A stretch of DNA of 43,193 nucleotides, taken from assembly GCA_011109175.1 (NCBI GenBank), contig RDEW01000127.1:1-43193 (forward strand), given 5' to 3'. Source of the DNA: Dicyema japonicum. Lineage: Eukaryota; Animalia; Dicyemida. Of the stretch, positions 24,812 to 36,677 are shown piece after piece; position 1 is the first letter of the stretch, and each line of letters begins with the position of its first letter. The notes beneath the pieces are model-generated. The model ran no database searches and was not told where the DNA came from. It worked only from the letters and a program-made list of their open reading frames with translations. A program made the translations under genes and the position numbers.

Positions 24812-25330
24812 CGGTCCAAACACTTACCAATATCCAAAGGAAGGGAAGTTATCCCTGTGTGGGAGATATTGAAGCTGATCATTGACTCTAAATATCCGAC
24901 TTCTGGTAGGATTTCCTATAGTGAGTGGTAAGTCTACCGAAAGCTTCGGGTTTTTCGAGAGGTCGAAAATTCTAAGGGTCTTTAATATCCACACTGTGGG
25001 GGGCACATGAGTTATGCTTCATTCAGAAAAGATTAAGGTCTTTAGGTTGAGTTTTACTAGCTCTGTGGGAAATCGCACGGTGTCTCCAGGATTCATACAT
25101 TTGATGAAATTCTTAGTAAGATTGAGTTCTAATAGGTTTTTAAGGTTGACTACCTCAGTGGGGACCGATCTGAGGTTGTTATTGCAAAGGATCAGCTTGG
25201 TTATGATCTCCTGTTCGTTTTCTGAATTTAGAGTGAAGGATACCGCTTGCTAGCATTCCTTTGATTCCCAGATTTGTGAAATCTAGGTGCTTATCCCCAC
25301 TTTCTGTGTAGGAGTGTATCTGAATAGACT
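24812..25330 (-). pseudogene. Leucine-rich repeat protein pseudogene
   Basis: KHLDFTNLGIKE*, ITKLILCNNNLRSVPTEVVNLKNLLELNLTKNFIK, LRIFDLSKNPKL, FNISHTGITSLPLDIGKC, with stops and frameshifts. Confidence 0.7.
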
Positions 25331-26099
25331 CTCGTTTGAGGTTGGAAGAAGCTAAGCTATAATAAGCTAAATCCCGCTGAGTTTAATCGCGTTTTGGTTG
25401 GTTTTACAGTCCAATGTCGATTTTTCATAAACATTGCTTAGCAACTATTAATTGGTTTTAAAAGTAATAAATTTTAATGAGGGACTAAAGGCAGTAAGAA
25501 CTGATTGAGAGTTGGCCCTCATGATCACAAGACCAATAATATTGGTAGTTACGTTCTTGTTATCGACCGGTTTCTTTCACTTGAGTTGACTGGGAGTGAA
25601 TAAATCACAAGACCAATGTTTGAGAGTGATATTACGCAGTTCTGGATTTTCTTTTCTGTATTTCAGTATGCCAGCCGATCTTGATAAAATCCATCGTACC
25701 GGGCCCAAATTTTGAAAATAATTTGTACCATGTTCTCGCATCAAATTTAATGCCTCTGGGTGACTTTTGACATGCACATGTCATTCTCGCCCCATGTTGA
25801 AAAAGTGATAACAAAATGCGAAAAGAAAACCAATGTTTTGAAATGCCTAAAGGCTTCTGGAAGAACGGAAAGCATACTGTTTTGAGCACCATATATTAAT
25901 AATACATTGAACCATGCATCTCTTGCGCATGTGGTATATGGGGCCTATTCATCTCTTTGACAAATCGAGGCTAGCATTATTATTATGCCTCACCAAATTC
26001 ATAAGAAATATTTAACTTTCAGTCAATATAAAAAAAATAATTTAATATCAGTGATTAAAATTAAATTAAATTTTAATTTAAATTGTAGAGAATGTGATG

Positions 26100-27620
26100 A
26101 CTCGATGAAGCACTTGCGAGAGATTGACGGAAGAAATGTCACAATTTCTCGTGCTGGAAGTCATTCAGACTTAAATTCCCTTCGAGTTCCTCTGCAACTT
26201 GCTAGGAAATATTTGATAGTATCGAGAATCTACAATCTGGAGATCTTTGAAGAGTGCAAAGTGATCTTCAACAGTGGTCATGTCCCCTTTTCTCCTTCAA
26301 GGACAGATTATCCGCGATACAGAATATGTCAAGGGTAACTGGGGGTATGCTGGAATTTTATTGATAGACGGAATGAAGGATGACTTGTACTCTAAATACT
26401 GATTGTATATCAACTTAAGTTTTGGACTCATAATTCATACTCTTCCGTTTTGAGCCACTGTAAAGGACCTCCCCAAAGTGTTTAGTACGTGCGGGGATAT
26501 TGGGAGATTGTAATTCCGCGGAATGGTATCATGGAGTTCTTACTTTAAGGTACCACATCTGCTGGGTTTGGTTTTGTGCAGTTCACGGACCCCAAGGAGA
26601 CTGAACTAGCCATTGAAACACTAAATGGTCGAAAAATAATGGGTACTTGTTAACGTTACAGTTTCCTGGGAGAATTGTGGCTTTTGATTATTCAGTGCTT
26701 CAAGATAAGTACAAGAACACTAATAATTCGCTGTCCGAAGAGAATTATGTCGGTTTTGTAGACGATTTAGACCCTAAGGTGAGCAATGGGGGACGTGGTG
26801 CTTGTGTATGTGTCGTAAAGGATGGGTCTTGCCAAGTAACTACATTCGTGAAATTTAGGTTAAAAGAAGCTGCTGAAAAGTGTTTAGACTTGGCAAAGGT
26901 CGGTACCCATGTAATCCCGCAGTCTGGCCAGTTGTCGTTCGAGGATCGTGTTAATTTCGCGGATTTGGCTGTTAACAGAGAAAATTGGAAGATTTTGGCA
27001 AGAAATCAATGGAGACTGAGAGATTGGATAAGAGGAATCTGTTCTTAGTGAGGGAAGGATGTTAGTTTTAAGTTAACTGGGAGTGATCAGACTGGGGACT
27101 AAAATGGCTGAGAGTGTTCCTGATCGGGATATAAATAAGTGGCACAAAATAGTCTTTCCCGACCATTTTAGTTGGAAGTTACACTGAGGGTGAAATTAAA
27201 GGATGACAAGCACTTTGTATCCCTTACGAGACTGACCTTTAACAATTTTGGAAATCGTATAACCAGTAAGAGATTAAGGTCCGCGATTTTGGAGAACGTC
27301 AAGAACTGTATGAAATCCCAGTTGATGGAGGTATTCGTTAATGTAAGTTCAGTGTGGTGTTATCATGAACAAGGAGGATGAGAGGTCAATGGGGTATGCT
27401 TTCGTGGAATTCCATGAACATTCTTTTGCGCCATCCGCTCTCCGTTTCTTCAACAACGACGAGACTGTTTTCGACGGAAGAGTTGTTCAATTTTGTCTAT
27501 TTCAAATACCCATCGTTCAGTTTGCTGTGGAGAACAGGAACGCTTTGTTGGCTAAGGAAATGCAGAGAGAAGGACAAAGGGTGAGCAATTGTACGATAAA
27601 CAGCTTTTGCAGAGACTAAA
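26100..27620 (+). pseudogene. RBM28: Unprocessed pseudogene of the RBM28/NOP4 multi-RRM nucleolar protein
   Basis: GFGFVQF, GRIVAFDYSVLQDKYK, EAAEKCL, DLAV, KRNLFLVREG, FVSLTRL, ECGVIM, SMGYAFVEFHEH, PIVQFAVE. Introns 26526-26549, 26899-26922, 27331-27352, 27581-27603. In-frame stop, frameshifts and apparently mutated donors. Confidence 0.82.
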
Positions 27621-27813
27621 TGAGAGGATATCCCAGGCAAGCATTCCAGCTAAGCAGTTAATTCCCGTGAATAACGGTGGTCTTCGAATTTATTTTAGCT
27701 AAATTTGTGGCTGGACTTCCACGGAGTATCGTCCAGAGAAACGTCGACATAGTTACAGAGACAGAAAACTTTAAGGAGCTCGTATTTTACTATCGTAATG
27801 GCTGTAGACACGT

Positions 27814-27900
27814 GATGACGGGTACATCTCTACTCCCTCTCAACTTGTGGAACTGGCATACCGTGAGGACATTCCATTTAACTAACAGAAATTTGTGACA
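27814..27900 (+). mobile_element. 3' tail fragment of the R4/Dong-like family seen at 16643-16842
   Basis: gatgacgggtacatctctactccctctcaacttgtggaactggcataccgtgaggaca aligns with gatgaagagtacgcctctgctacctcccaacttgtggaactggcatgccgtggagaca. Confidence 0.6.
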
Positions 27901-27979
27901 TTTTTGTATATCGAATAACACCAATAGCAAACAAGAACACCTATTCGAACAGAAGAGAAACTTACATCCCCTGACCTCT

Positions 27980-29693
27980 CTTTATGTTTCCCCTCGTCAA
28001 CTGGATTGTAAAATATGAACTAAGAAGTGATCACAACCCTATTATGAAGAAAATCAACACTGAAAATAATTTTATAGACAGAATTCAACTTTTTAAAATT
28101 TTGAAAGCGCGGATTGAATCAATTACATCGACATCAATAAGGAAGTATTTTACACATTGGTATTCTCATCAATTGACCAAATAATCAAAACTTTCACGGA
28201 CATTATACTCTAAGCAAGAAAAGTATTTATTCCAATGGGATGCCATCAAACAAGGGATACCTATTATAATACACATAAAAAACACTTATCAGAGAAAGAA
28301 ATAAATTAAAGAGGCAAAAGGATTTATCAAATGACGATTTCCAAAAAATGAAAACCTTAAATATACAAATTAAACAAATTACCCAATTTAGAGTCAAGAA
28401 GCGATGATATCTTCTATATGGAAGAAATCCATTATTTTGACAATTCGGAAGCCAAACAAACCTGCAAACTACCCCTTTTTTTATTGTCCAGTTGTGCGTT
28501 GTCCCGAATTATGTAAAAATTAATCTTAACACGAATCAAAGATATTGTACCAAATCGAGTATTCCAGCATGGACTCCGTGAAAGTCATTCTACTACAACT
28601 CACTTAACAAAATTAACTAATATATATCTGATGGATTCTCCTACCCAAAACCGCATAAAAGGACCACAATGGTTTCAATAGACTTGAGGAAAGTATTCGA
28701 CTCTGTGTTCCGGTCGCTACCTATAGAGAAAATTTCTGACAATCTTATAAACCAAGCATTAAAAGATGGCTGTCGATTTTTCTAAATGGAGGAAGAGGAC
28801 TAGTCATGTCGGACAACAGAAAATCTAAATCCCTTTTATTGCCGAATGGTGTCACTAAAGGTTCACCTCTTTCTCCTTTCCTCTTCAACTTGTACATCGA
28901 TGACCTTCCCACTAATAATGATCCCGATACATTGATACTTTCATACGCAGATGACATTGCTCTTGCGACAAGAGACTCTAACTATGAGAAGGCAGGGACG
29001 AAACTTCAAAGTTACATTGGTATGTTGAAACATTGGCTAACATCAAATCCACTGGAAGTTTCTACAAGAAAGTCATTTATAACAATTTTTTCTACATATA
29101 GAAAAGAGATCATTATACTCTTCCAAAATTAAATTGTTTGAATATGAAATTCCTATGAATAAGTATCCAATAATACTAGGATTAAAGTTGAATACTCTTC
29201 AGCGAACACGGCAATGACGTTATTACATTGGTCAGGAGGACCAACATATTGAAAATTTTGTCCGAGCACCAATCGGGCACAACATCTTCTTACTACAGAA
29301 AATTTACAGACAATACATACTGCCAGTAATTGAATACGCATGTCCTTCTTGGAGCTCGATGATTTCTGAATCGTCGTCTCGAAAATTAGAAGCCGCACAA
29401 CTTTCTGCCTTGAAAATAATTAATAAGAAAACTGTGGATAATGTATTGAATGTTAAAGAACATCTGAAGTCATTTCTACAGTGGGCAATAAAAACTTTCA
29501 CTCTCTATATCTGACTGTCTAGAAAATGCACGGAATCTATAGAGAATAAGACCTTCCCAGTTTTTATCAAATCTGTTGGATCTTCGAGGAACCCGAACGA
29601 GAGCCAGAACCCGAAAACCGGGATCACTTAGTTAGTAGTTAACTTTTAACTTTTCTAATCCGGTGATCTTGGGGTAAAAAAAAGAAAAAAAAA
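27980..29693 (+). mobile_element. Decayed Ingi/Vingi-like element (APE end, internal deletion, RT, 3' UTR, A-rich tail)
   Basis: LRSDHNPI; SIWKKSII; FQHG..STTTHL; SIDLRKVFDSV; GVTKGSPLSPFLFN; SYADDI; YILPVIEYACPSW; 3' motif accgggatcactt shared with 40865. Confidence 0.85.
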
Positions 29694-29774
29694 GTCAATT
29701 TTTATCGATTAAATAAATTACATTTAATTTTAAATGAAAGTAATTTCGATTATTTTACCAGGGGACATGAACGT

Positions 29775-29915
29775 CTCAAGTTTCCGTGGTTGACCAGGGT
29801 CAACTCTATCCTCGTCTTTGACGAAGATCTTAAGGAAATCCGGAGACGCCTCAAGGACAGAGAAGACCTCGACAGACTGCGAGACTATTCAAATAATCGC
29901 CAGAGTTGAAAAAAG
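29775..29915 (+). mobile_element. RTE 3' fragment
   Basis: FRG..LVFDEDLKEIRRRLKDREDLDRLRDYS resembles FRGRPRTKMPVVLHEDLKEMGRHLGSGEDLEWL (31406-31615 ORF). Confidence 0.55.
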
Positions 29916-31200
29916 TTAACTAGTCATTTGATTTCTTGTGTTGCAGATTTTTTGTTATGTGATATTAGCGTAAGCGCTTATCATGATAATAAAATAATTT
30001 CGATTATTCGAGGATATAAAAATTAGCCTTTCTATTTTAAGAAGCTCATGGAGAATTACTTCACTAAATGGTGTAATAAAAGCGCCGATAGATAGCTATA
30101 ATCAATAATTCAAATCGTCGATTTTACTGAGTTCATTGTATTAAGAAATCCGGAACATTACACCGAACCCTCAATAAATAAATGAAAAAAGAGATGAAAA
30201 TAAGATTGTGCCTGTTGTTGAGAAAAATATGACTGGTGAAAATAAGAATTCTAGTTACGGCAGAATATTTCCGTGGTTTTCGACAGGGACCTCAAAAAGG
30301 TTGGGAGACGTGTAGAGAAGGAAAGGACTACGGAATTTGCTTATAACAGGGGAAAGTTGAGAATGATTATTTTGTTGTTAGCTTCTACAGTTGCAAATGC
30401 TTTGTCACGATTCATGACCATGGCACGGCGAGAGTGCTAATTTCTATTCCTAAGATAGATTCGGTCATCTATCCATCTGTTACTGAAATCCCGGTTCAAG
30501 GTGATCTGAACTTCGACTTAAAAGTTGATAAGCGACAGTAACCTTCTGAACAACATTCAAGCATGAGATAATGAATAAATTTTTATTTTGCGGAAGATGT
30601 GAATATCGCTTCTGTTCTCAATGAGTTCACCTTTTGGGTTAATTTGAAAGAGTCCTTTTGGGCATAAAAGATATAAAGGATGAGTTCAGAAGTTGTTTTT
30701 TATGGTAATTCAAAACTCGAAAAAAGGTTAATGGTTACTCTACAATTGGATAGGAGCAGCGCATTTATAAAAAATACTAAAATATGTATACAAAGCCAAT
30801 TAAAAAAAGCAGCGATTTACGCAGACATCAACGAACGACTCCTTAATTTTTGATGTTTTGTATATTAATAAAGATTAAATGGTGTTTAAGACACATCCTG
30901 TGAAGTGGAGAGGTCATTTTTAACTCTTTGAAAAAAATAACAAAAAATATAAATTCTTTTACGCAAATCAAAATATTATCTAATTTTATGTTTTAACAAA
31001 TAAAAATTGGATCAACTTTTTCATTTTTCGGTCAACTTTTTTTACTCAGTAGATCAATATGTAATTCTTAACGAAATTTAATTGACCTTAAGGTCATTTT
31101 TAAGGGCAACTTTCAGATTGCCTTAGTGGGTGATAAAGTTAATATTATTATGGATGAAAATAATGCACTTTACGAGAAGCCATATTAGCAATAGGCTCCC

Positions 31201-31310
31201 AGGCAGGACAAACACTTTATTTTAAGCAAAAAACAGTTATCATAACTAATCAATGAAACAAAACTAAGGACTGTTCTTCACTTTTTTGTTGAGTGTGAGT
31301 CTTTTTGTAG
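31201..31310 (-). repeat. Orphan element 3' end, related to 11134-11245
   Basis: See 11134-11245. Confidence 0.6.
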
Positions 31311-31399
31311 ACGATCATGTCATTAAATTGTTCTGAATCCTTTGTAGGTGCAAGAGAGGCATGTCACCACCTCAGTCAAATTATTATTATTACTAGCAC

Positions 31400-33130
31400 T
31401 TATCGCTATGTCATAGGACTTGACAAAGCATGTGCAACACGAGTCAACAAGTCACTAGAAAATTTCATCATCATTTTCCTATTCAAAGCCGCAGTGCGTA
31501 GTAACCATTCAAGATCCTCTCCACTTCCAAGATGCCGTCCCATTTCTTTGAGGTCCTCGTGGAGAACGACTGGCATTTTCGTCCTTGGGCGGCCACGGAA
31601 ACGGGGGGCTTCCAACGTGAAGTAATCTTACATGGCTACGTTCGCGGGGGCATCTACGTCCAGTCGCAGAATATGGCCGAAAAGCCTCCATCGTGTATCC
31701 AAAATTTTATTTGAAATTTCAGATGTCCTCGTCCTTTTATAGAGAAGATTAGATGAGATCCTCGTATCACTTCTTTTGACCATCATATTCCGTAGTTGGT
31801 CTCTATGAAACGCATTAAGCCTCTTCAGTTCATTTCTTGAGCAGGCCCAGGTACCAGCGTTGTACAATAGTAAGGGTTTGACTAGCGAGTTGTATGATCG
31901 AGTTTTTGTTATAATGTCAAGGCCCTTTTTGTGGAGCCAGATGTTCTTCATTCTGGAGAGGGCAGTTTGTGCTAAGGTTTTCCTTTTTGTAATATCTTCA
32001 TGGTCTCCTAGGAAGGAGCCAAGTTATTTGCACTTGCGCCAGTGCTCCTCCATCCTTGTTCCTTCCCTCTTGAGTTCAGTTACCTCAGTCTTGTAGGATT
32101 CTTTGGTAGGAACCATTTGGCTAGTCATCCAGACACTTTTTCCATCAAGCGGGTGAGCTGTATTTTGTCGTTTGAAATAAAGTCTACATCGTCAGTATAC
32201 ACAATAATGTTAGTCCTCACCCATGATCGGTTTTGACTCCCGTAAAGCAGCTTCAAGGTATATACAGAAAGTATAGGTAATAATGGGTCTCCCTGTGGAG
32301 TGCCAACAGTCGTCTCAAATTGGCAAGACAAGGCTCCCAAACTCTTATAGTGAGCCAAGTATCAGCAAGGAAAGTGGTGGCCATTCTGACAGTGGAAGCG
32401 TCTAGGAAACTACCCAGAACCAGTATTAGCCTCCGTCTGTCGACAGAGTCGAAGGCCCTTTAAATGACGATTCCGAGGATGGTTGTAGACATTTTGAACA
32501 TTTGAACGGCCACAGATATCCACTTGTGGTCCACAAAACATCGGAAGTAGATCTTCCTTTTTAGAATCCGCTGTGGTATAGCGACAGAAAAGTATCTAGG
32601 CGTCCTTCCATCTTGTGTATTGTTATGTTCGCCAGAATTTTCCGAAGTAAATTCATTAATATGACTGGACAAAGGTTCTCCATCTTAGCTTTTGGTTTAT
32701 TCGCCTTCTGTACAGGTATCAAGATACCCTCTCCCAGGGTTAGCGTGTGACCGTTATAGTACATTTATTCAGGATCATAGCGATGCATTCATACAGCTTT
32801 TGGGTTCCATATTTGAAGAATTCACCACCAAGTCCGTCGGGGCCAGGAATCCTGTTGTTTTTTAACTTGTACTTGCAAGTTAAACTTGATTTCTTCATCC
32901 AATTTTCCTCGTTCTAGGATGATAGGATTGAAAAGTTTTCCAAACTAGGCAGCGATAATTTCCGCCACTTCCCTTTGGTCCTAAATCTGCGTTCATTTGT
33001 CATATTTTATCATTATCGGTTGACGGAATCTCTTTACTTTTATCTGTTTAACAGCCTCGTAGAATTTAGCGTTGTCCTTGAGAGATTCTATCTTCTATCT
33101 CTGGTCCAGTGCTCTATTTCTGTTATGCTG
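31400..33130 (-). mobile_element. Decayed RTE-clade retrotransposon (RT and C-terminus)
   Basis: PGPDG, ILIPVQK, GTPQGDPL, VYTDDVDF, LVKPLLLYNAGTW, RWRLFGHILR, FRGRP, across many frameshifts. Confidence 0.88.
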
Positions 33131-33473
33131 ATGTATAGTTTTTTTTAATATAAAAATTATTTTTTAATTAATTTTATACATTTAAAATTATTAATTAAAA
33201 AATAACTATTTTTTATTCATTATAAAAAGTGATATTTAAATTTTTAAATAAACACGTTTATCTTGTATGACAAAATTGATACTAGATAAAATAGTATTAT
33301 AAAAGAATGTCCAGAAGGATTCTACAAAAACTTGGAATTATCTAGTGAATTATGTCTAACTAAAGTGAAATACACAAAAATAAATTTTGTTAACCTTCAT
33401 AGAATCAATAAACAATTTTTTACATTACTTTAACATTTAAAGCAAAAAAAATGCTGTGATCGGGAGCCAACGG

Positions 33474-33705
33474 ATGGATACAGACGATCTGGCGTAATCA
33501 GGAGACCAGACGACAACGAAAGGGACGGAGAAGGCTAACGGAATGGATAGTAAAAAAAGTGGCACAAGCGAAGCCATAAACAGTGTTTAATGGATGCAGA
33601 CGATCTGGCGTAATCAGGAGACCAGACGACAACGAAAGGGACGGAGAAGGCTAACGGAATGGATAGTAAAAAAAGTAGCACAAGCGAAGCCATAAACAGT
33701 GTTTA
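33474..33705. repeat. 116-bp tandem duplication (about 2 mismatches)
   Basis: Copies start at 33474 and 33590. Confidence 0.93.
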
Positions 33706-34076
33706 CTTGTAACGCGAATGTGCTTTAACTGACAACTAACTTAACATTTGTCACATGTACGCTATGTCAGAGTTACACAGCCTACAATAGACCAAACTGA
33801 AGTAAGTTAGTGGGATCTTAAAATCACGAGGGCTTTAACTAAATCAGATTGAAAGATTTATTTACCTTTCAACTCGCTTATTGTTCCAATCACATGCAAG
33901 AGATTATGTGAGTATCACTCAATCGAATACATTGATTTTTTCAAGAACAGGCGTAGGTCAGTGAATTAACTATACCTTATAGAGAGATCTGAAAAATCAG
34001 AAACAAGCGATATGTGACGATTCTAATGGGGTCTATCTACTTAGCATCCAAGAAATTATTATTTATAAATTGTGAC

Positions 34077-34416
34077 CCCAATCTAACTGTTCAATGCCTA
34101 ATAGATGTTCTTGTCCAGAGATAGATTCGGCTTCTTTACAAGTAACTATTAGTAAACAAGTAAATTTTAATTTGGAATCCCCCCAAAGTAAATTTGAAAA
34201 GATGGGGTATCTGATTAAATGCTGCAGCATATTTCTTAAGGAATCTCCCAATCTAACTGTTCAATGCCTAATAGGTGTTCTTGTCCAGAGATAGATTCGG
34301 CTTCTATACAAGTAACTATTAGTAAACAAGTAAATTTTAATTTGGAATCCCCCCAAAGTAAATTTGAAAAGATGGGGTATCTGATTAAATGCTGCAGCAT
34401 ATTTCTTAAGGAATCT
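34077..34416. repeat. 170-bp tandem duplication (few mismatches)
   Basis: cccaatctaactg starts at 34077 and 34247. Confidence 0.93.
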
Positions 34417-34439
34417 CATTGAAATTATAAATATTTAAA

Positions 34440-34570
34440 AAAAAGCGTTCGATTCAGTCCCCAGGAACTCCTCACAAAGATAATATTTGAACCGAACATT
34501 CACGCGAACTTAAAAATTTGGCCTGGGAACTTTCTAAATGAAAGACGAGCACAAGTACTCTGCAGCATCA
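34440..34570 (+). mobile_element. Short RT fragment of the Ingi/Vingi-like family
   Basis: KAFDSVP..LLTKIIFEPNIHANLKIWPGNFLNERRAQV, resembling the RT near 39895-40010. Confidence 0.6.
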
Positions 34571-34960
34571 TTAAATCAACATTTAGCTACCTTTGACGAC
34601 TTCCCTATTCACGCAGGTAGAAATCACAGGATCTTCGATGATATTTCCAACATTAATTTGATGCTAAAATAAGCCTGATCCGCAGTGAGATTTGCCTTTC
34701 CTTTTCAAAAATAAAAAGAAATCAACTCAAACTAACGGAAAATATTCCGTCTTCTTCCTTCCTTTAAGAGTTCTACCCTAGTCAAGTGAATCCAGTTTTT
34801 CGATTACTCTTCAAAAGGAGCTTCCCGTTCTTCTATAACTGATATAATTTGTTTATAATGAAAGTGGAAAGACTTTTTGTTGCGGTTTAATAATTTACAT
34901 AATCAACCAGAACATAAAATAGTGTCTATAAATGAATTATTAAATGAACAAATGAAGGGA

Positions 34961-35348
34961 TATTAGGGTTACCGATATTCCAATTTTTTGTTTTAAACGG
35001 ATTTGGTAGACTGTTGCCAGGTTTGTCTTGAAATTGGATTATTGGGAAAGATTCATATCTCCATCCTTTCTATAAATTAATATAAAGTTTATACGTAAAA
35101 CCAAGAAACACCGACAAATTAGCCAGAATACACGTCGGTCAGATGATCCCGATNTATTAGGGTTACCGATATTCCAATTTTTTGTTTTAAACGGATTTGG
35201 TAGACTGTTGCCAGGTTTGCCTTGAAATTGGATTATTGGGAAAGATTCATATCTCTATCTTTCCTATAGATTAATATAAAGTTTATACGTAAAACCAAGA
35301 AACACCGACAAATTAGCCAGAATACACGGCGGTCAGACGATCCCGATT
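34961..35348. repeat. 194-bp tandem duplication with a single N at the junction
   Basis: tattagggttaccgat starts at 34961 and 35155; N at 35154. Confidence 0.93.
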
Positions 35349-35867
35349 TGTGTGTTTCATTTGAGCTAAATACCGCAGCTTGACAACTGCTGGACTAAAT
35401 TCAGTTGGATTCCGTGTCGAATCTCGTTCCTACCCTTTCTGATCGAAGGTTTCATGCCTCTACAATGCTGTTTGGCAATATAAACGAGGCCACCATTATT
35501 GATATCACTCTTATAAAATGTAATAGATGAATTTTTTCAGAGGAGAGAGAAAATTATTTTTATGCCCGAAAAAACAAGACGATCCGTTATAAATTTGCAT
35601 CTATATGAGGTCTGACGCGAGTTTTATTAAGACAGGAGAAATAATTGAGACCATTGAATTAAACTGAGGAATAAAAAATATCAGAATTCTGTACCAAAAA
35701 CACCTTCGTATGCCAAGTTTATCGAAGATTAAACGGAAAATTATAAGTTCACGCCTATCGAGACGGGCCATATGGTATTTCAGCTACCCCTTACATCTAA
35801 CCTTACTCAATTTATTTTATAATTAAAATTAAAAAATAAAATTATTTCCAAAAACCAAGGGTAACCA

Positions 35868-35990
35868 TACTGGTTGGAGAACACTGAGAAGAAAATCTTA
35901 AAGCTGACGGCAGTATTAGAACTTGTCAATCGTTTTACCAGACAGGCTTTTTTTTGAAAAACAAAAGGTTATGGATGTTCTTTGTGCATA
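35868..35990 (+). mobile_element. N-terminal fragment of the R4/Dong-like family
   Basis: WLENTEKKILKL..LELVN..RQA..EKQKVMDVLCAY matches the 659-aa ORF at 16643-18622. Confidence 0.8.
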
Positions 35991-36111
35991 TTGATATATT
36001 ATATTACTCTAATGTACACATATTCAATAAGTTTGAGAATATATTCAACCTTTCAACAACATCATTGTGGGGACTCACTGCAAATGGAAGTGTGCTTTTT
36101 ATCCCTTTATT

Positions 36112-36369
36112 ATTAAATTATTCCAAAGACCAAGGGTAACCAAACTAACCAACTCCTTGATCCTGACTCGTTCCAGCATTCCAGAACTTGTCACCAGGTA
36201 ACGACATTGTCCCCGGGGAATAATTGTTGGATCTACTTTATGCCGTCCAGGCATTGGGCGCTCCTCAGTAAGGTGATCCAGTGACGCCATCGGAAGGAAG
36301 GAAAATACAACTATCCACGTAGCACCAATGACAAACTATCCACGTAGCATTGCATGGCGCCTCGCGCAG
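36112..36369 (-). mobile_element. About 258-bp SINE-like element with structured 5' motif (copy B at 36229-36288)
   Basis: Same architecture as 9454-9785: GGCGCCATG..GTGCTACGTGG, a pyrimidine-rich spacer, then the fold. Candidate degraded TSD tttatccctttatt (36098-36111) / tttatccattcatt (36370-36383), 12/14. Confidence 0.6.
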
Positions 36370-36560
36370 TTTATCCATTCATTCAGTTTTTTAATTATAA
36401 TAAAAATTTATCCATTCATTCAGTTTTTTATTATAATTTATATAAATAAAAATAAAAATTATTTAAATAAATAATTAAAAATCAATTCATATATAAATAA
36501 ATAAATAAATAATAAAAATATATAAATAAATAAATATATAAATAAATAAATAAGAATTTT

Positions 36561-36677
36561 CTCGTGGCGTCATGTGGTTCACCTTTTGTGGTGGCGCTCA
36601 GTGTAATAATACACAAAAAAGAACCATTTGCTCTTCCCCATCCAGACTCTTTATGCCTGGATGGTATACCTCAACTG
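36561..36677 (+). mobile_element. 5' end of the Ingi/Vingi-like element with complete fold (copy C at 36566-36625), cut at a single N
   Basis: 36621-36677 is nearly identical to 38133-38189; the fold is GGCGUCA UGU GGUUC ACC UUUUGU GG UGGCGCU CA GUGU AAUAAU ACAC AAAAAA GAACC. Confidence 0.78.

Noticed and set aside
25577-25980. Coding-like minus-strand stretch with a possible 21-nt intron (gtatgc..ttccag)
   Set aside because: No protein family could be recognised, so it was left uncalled.
35854-36142. accaagggtaacca repeated at 35854-35867 and 36129-36142 as a TSD
   Set aside because: The second copy lies inside the proposed SINE 3' end and the similarity extends to about 25 bp, which fits a duplicated element end better than a TSD.
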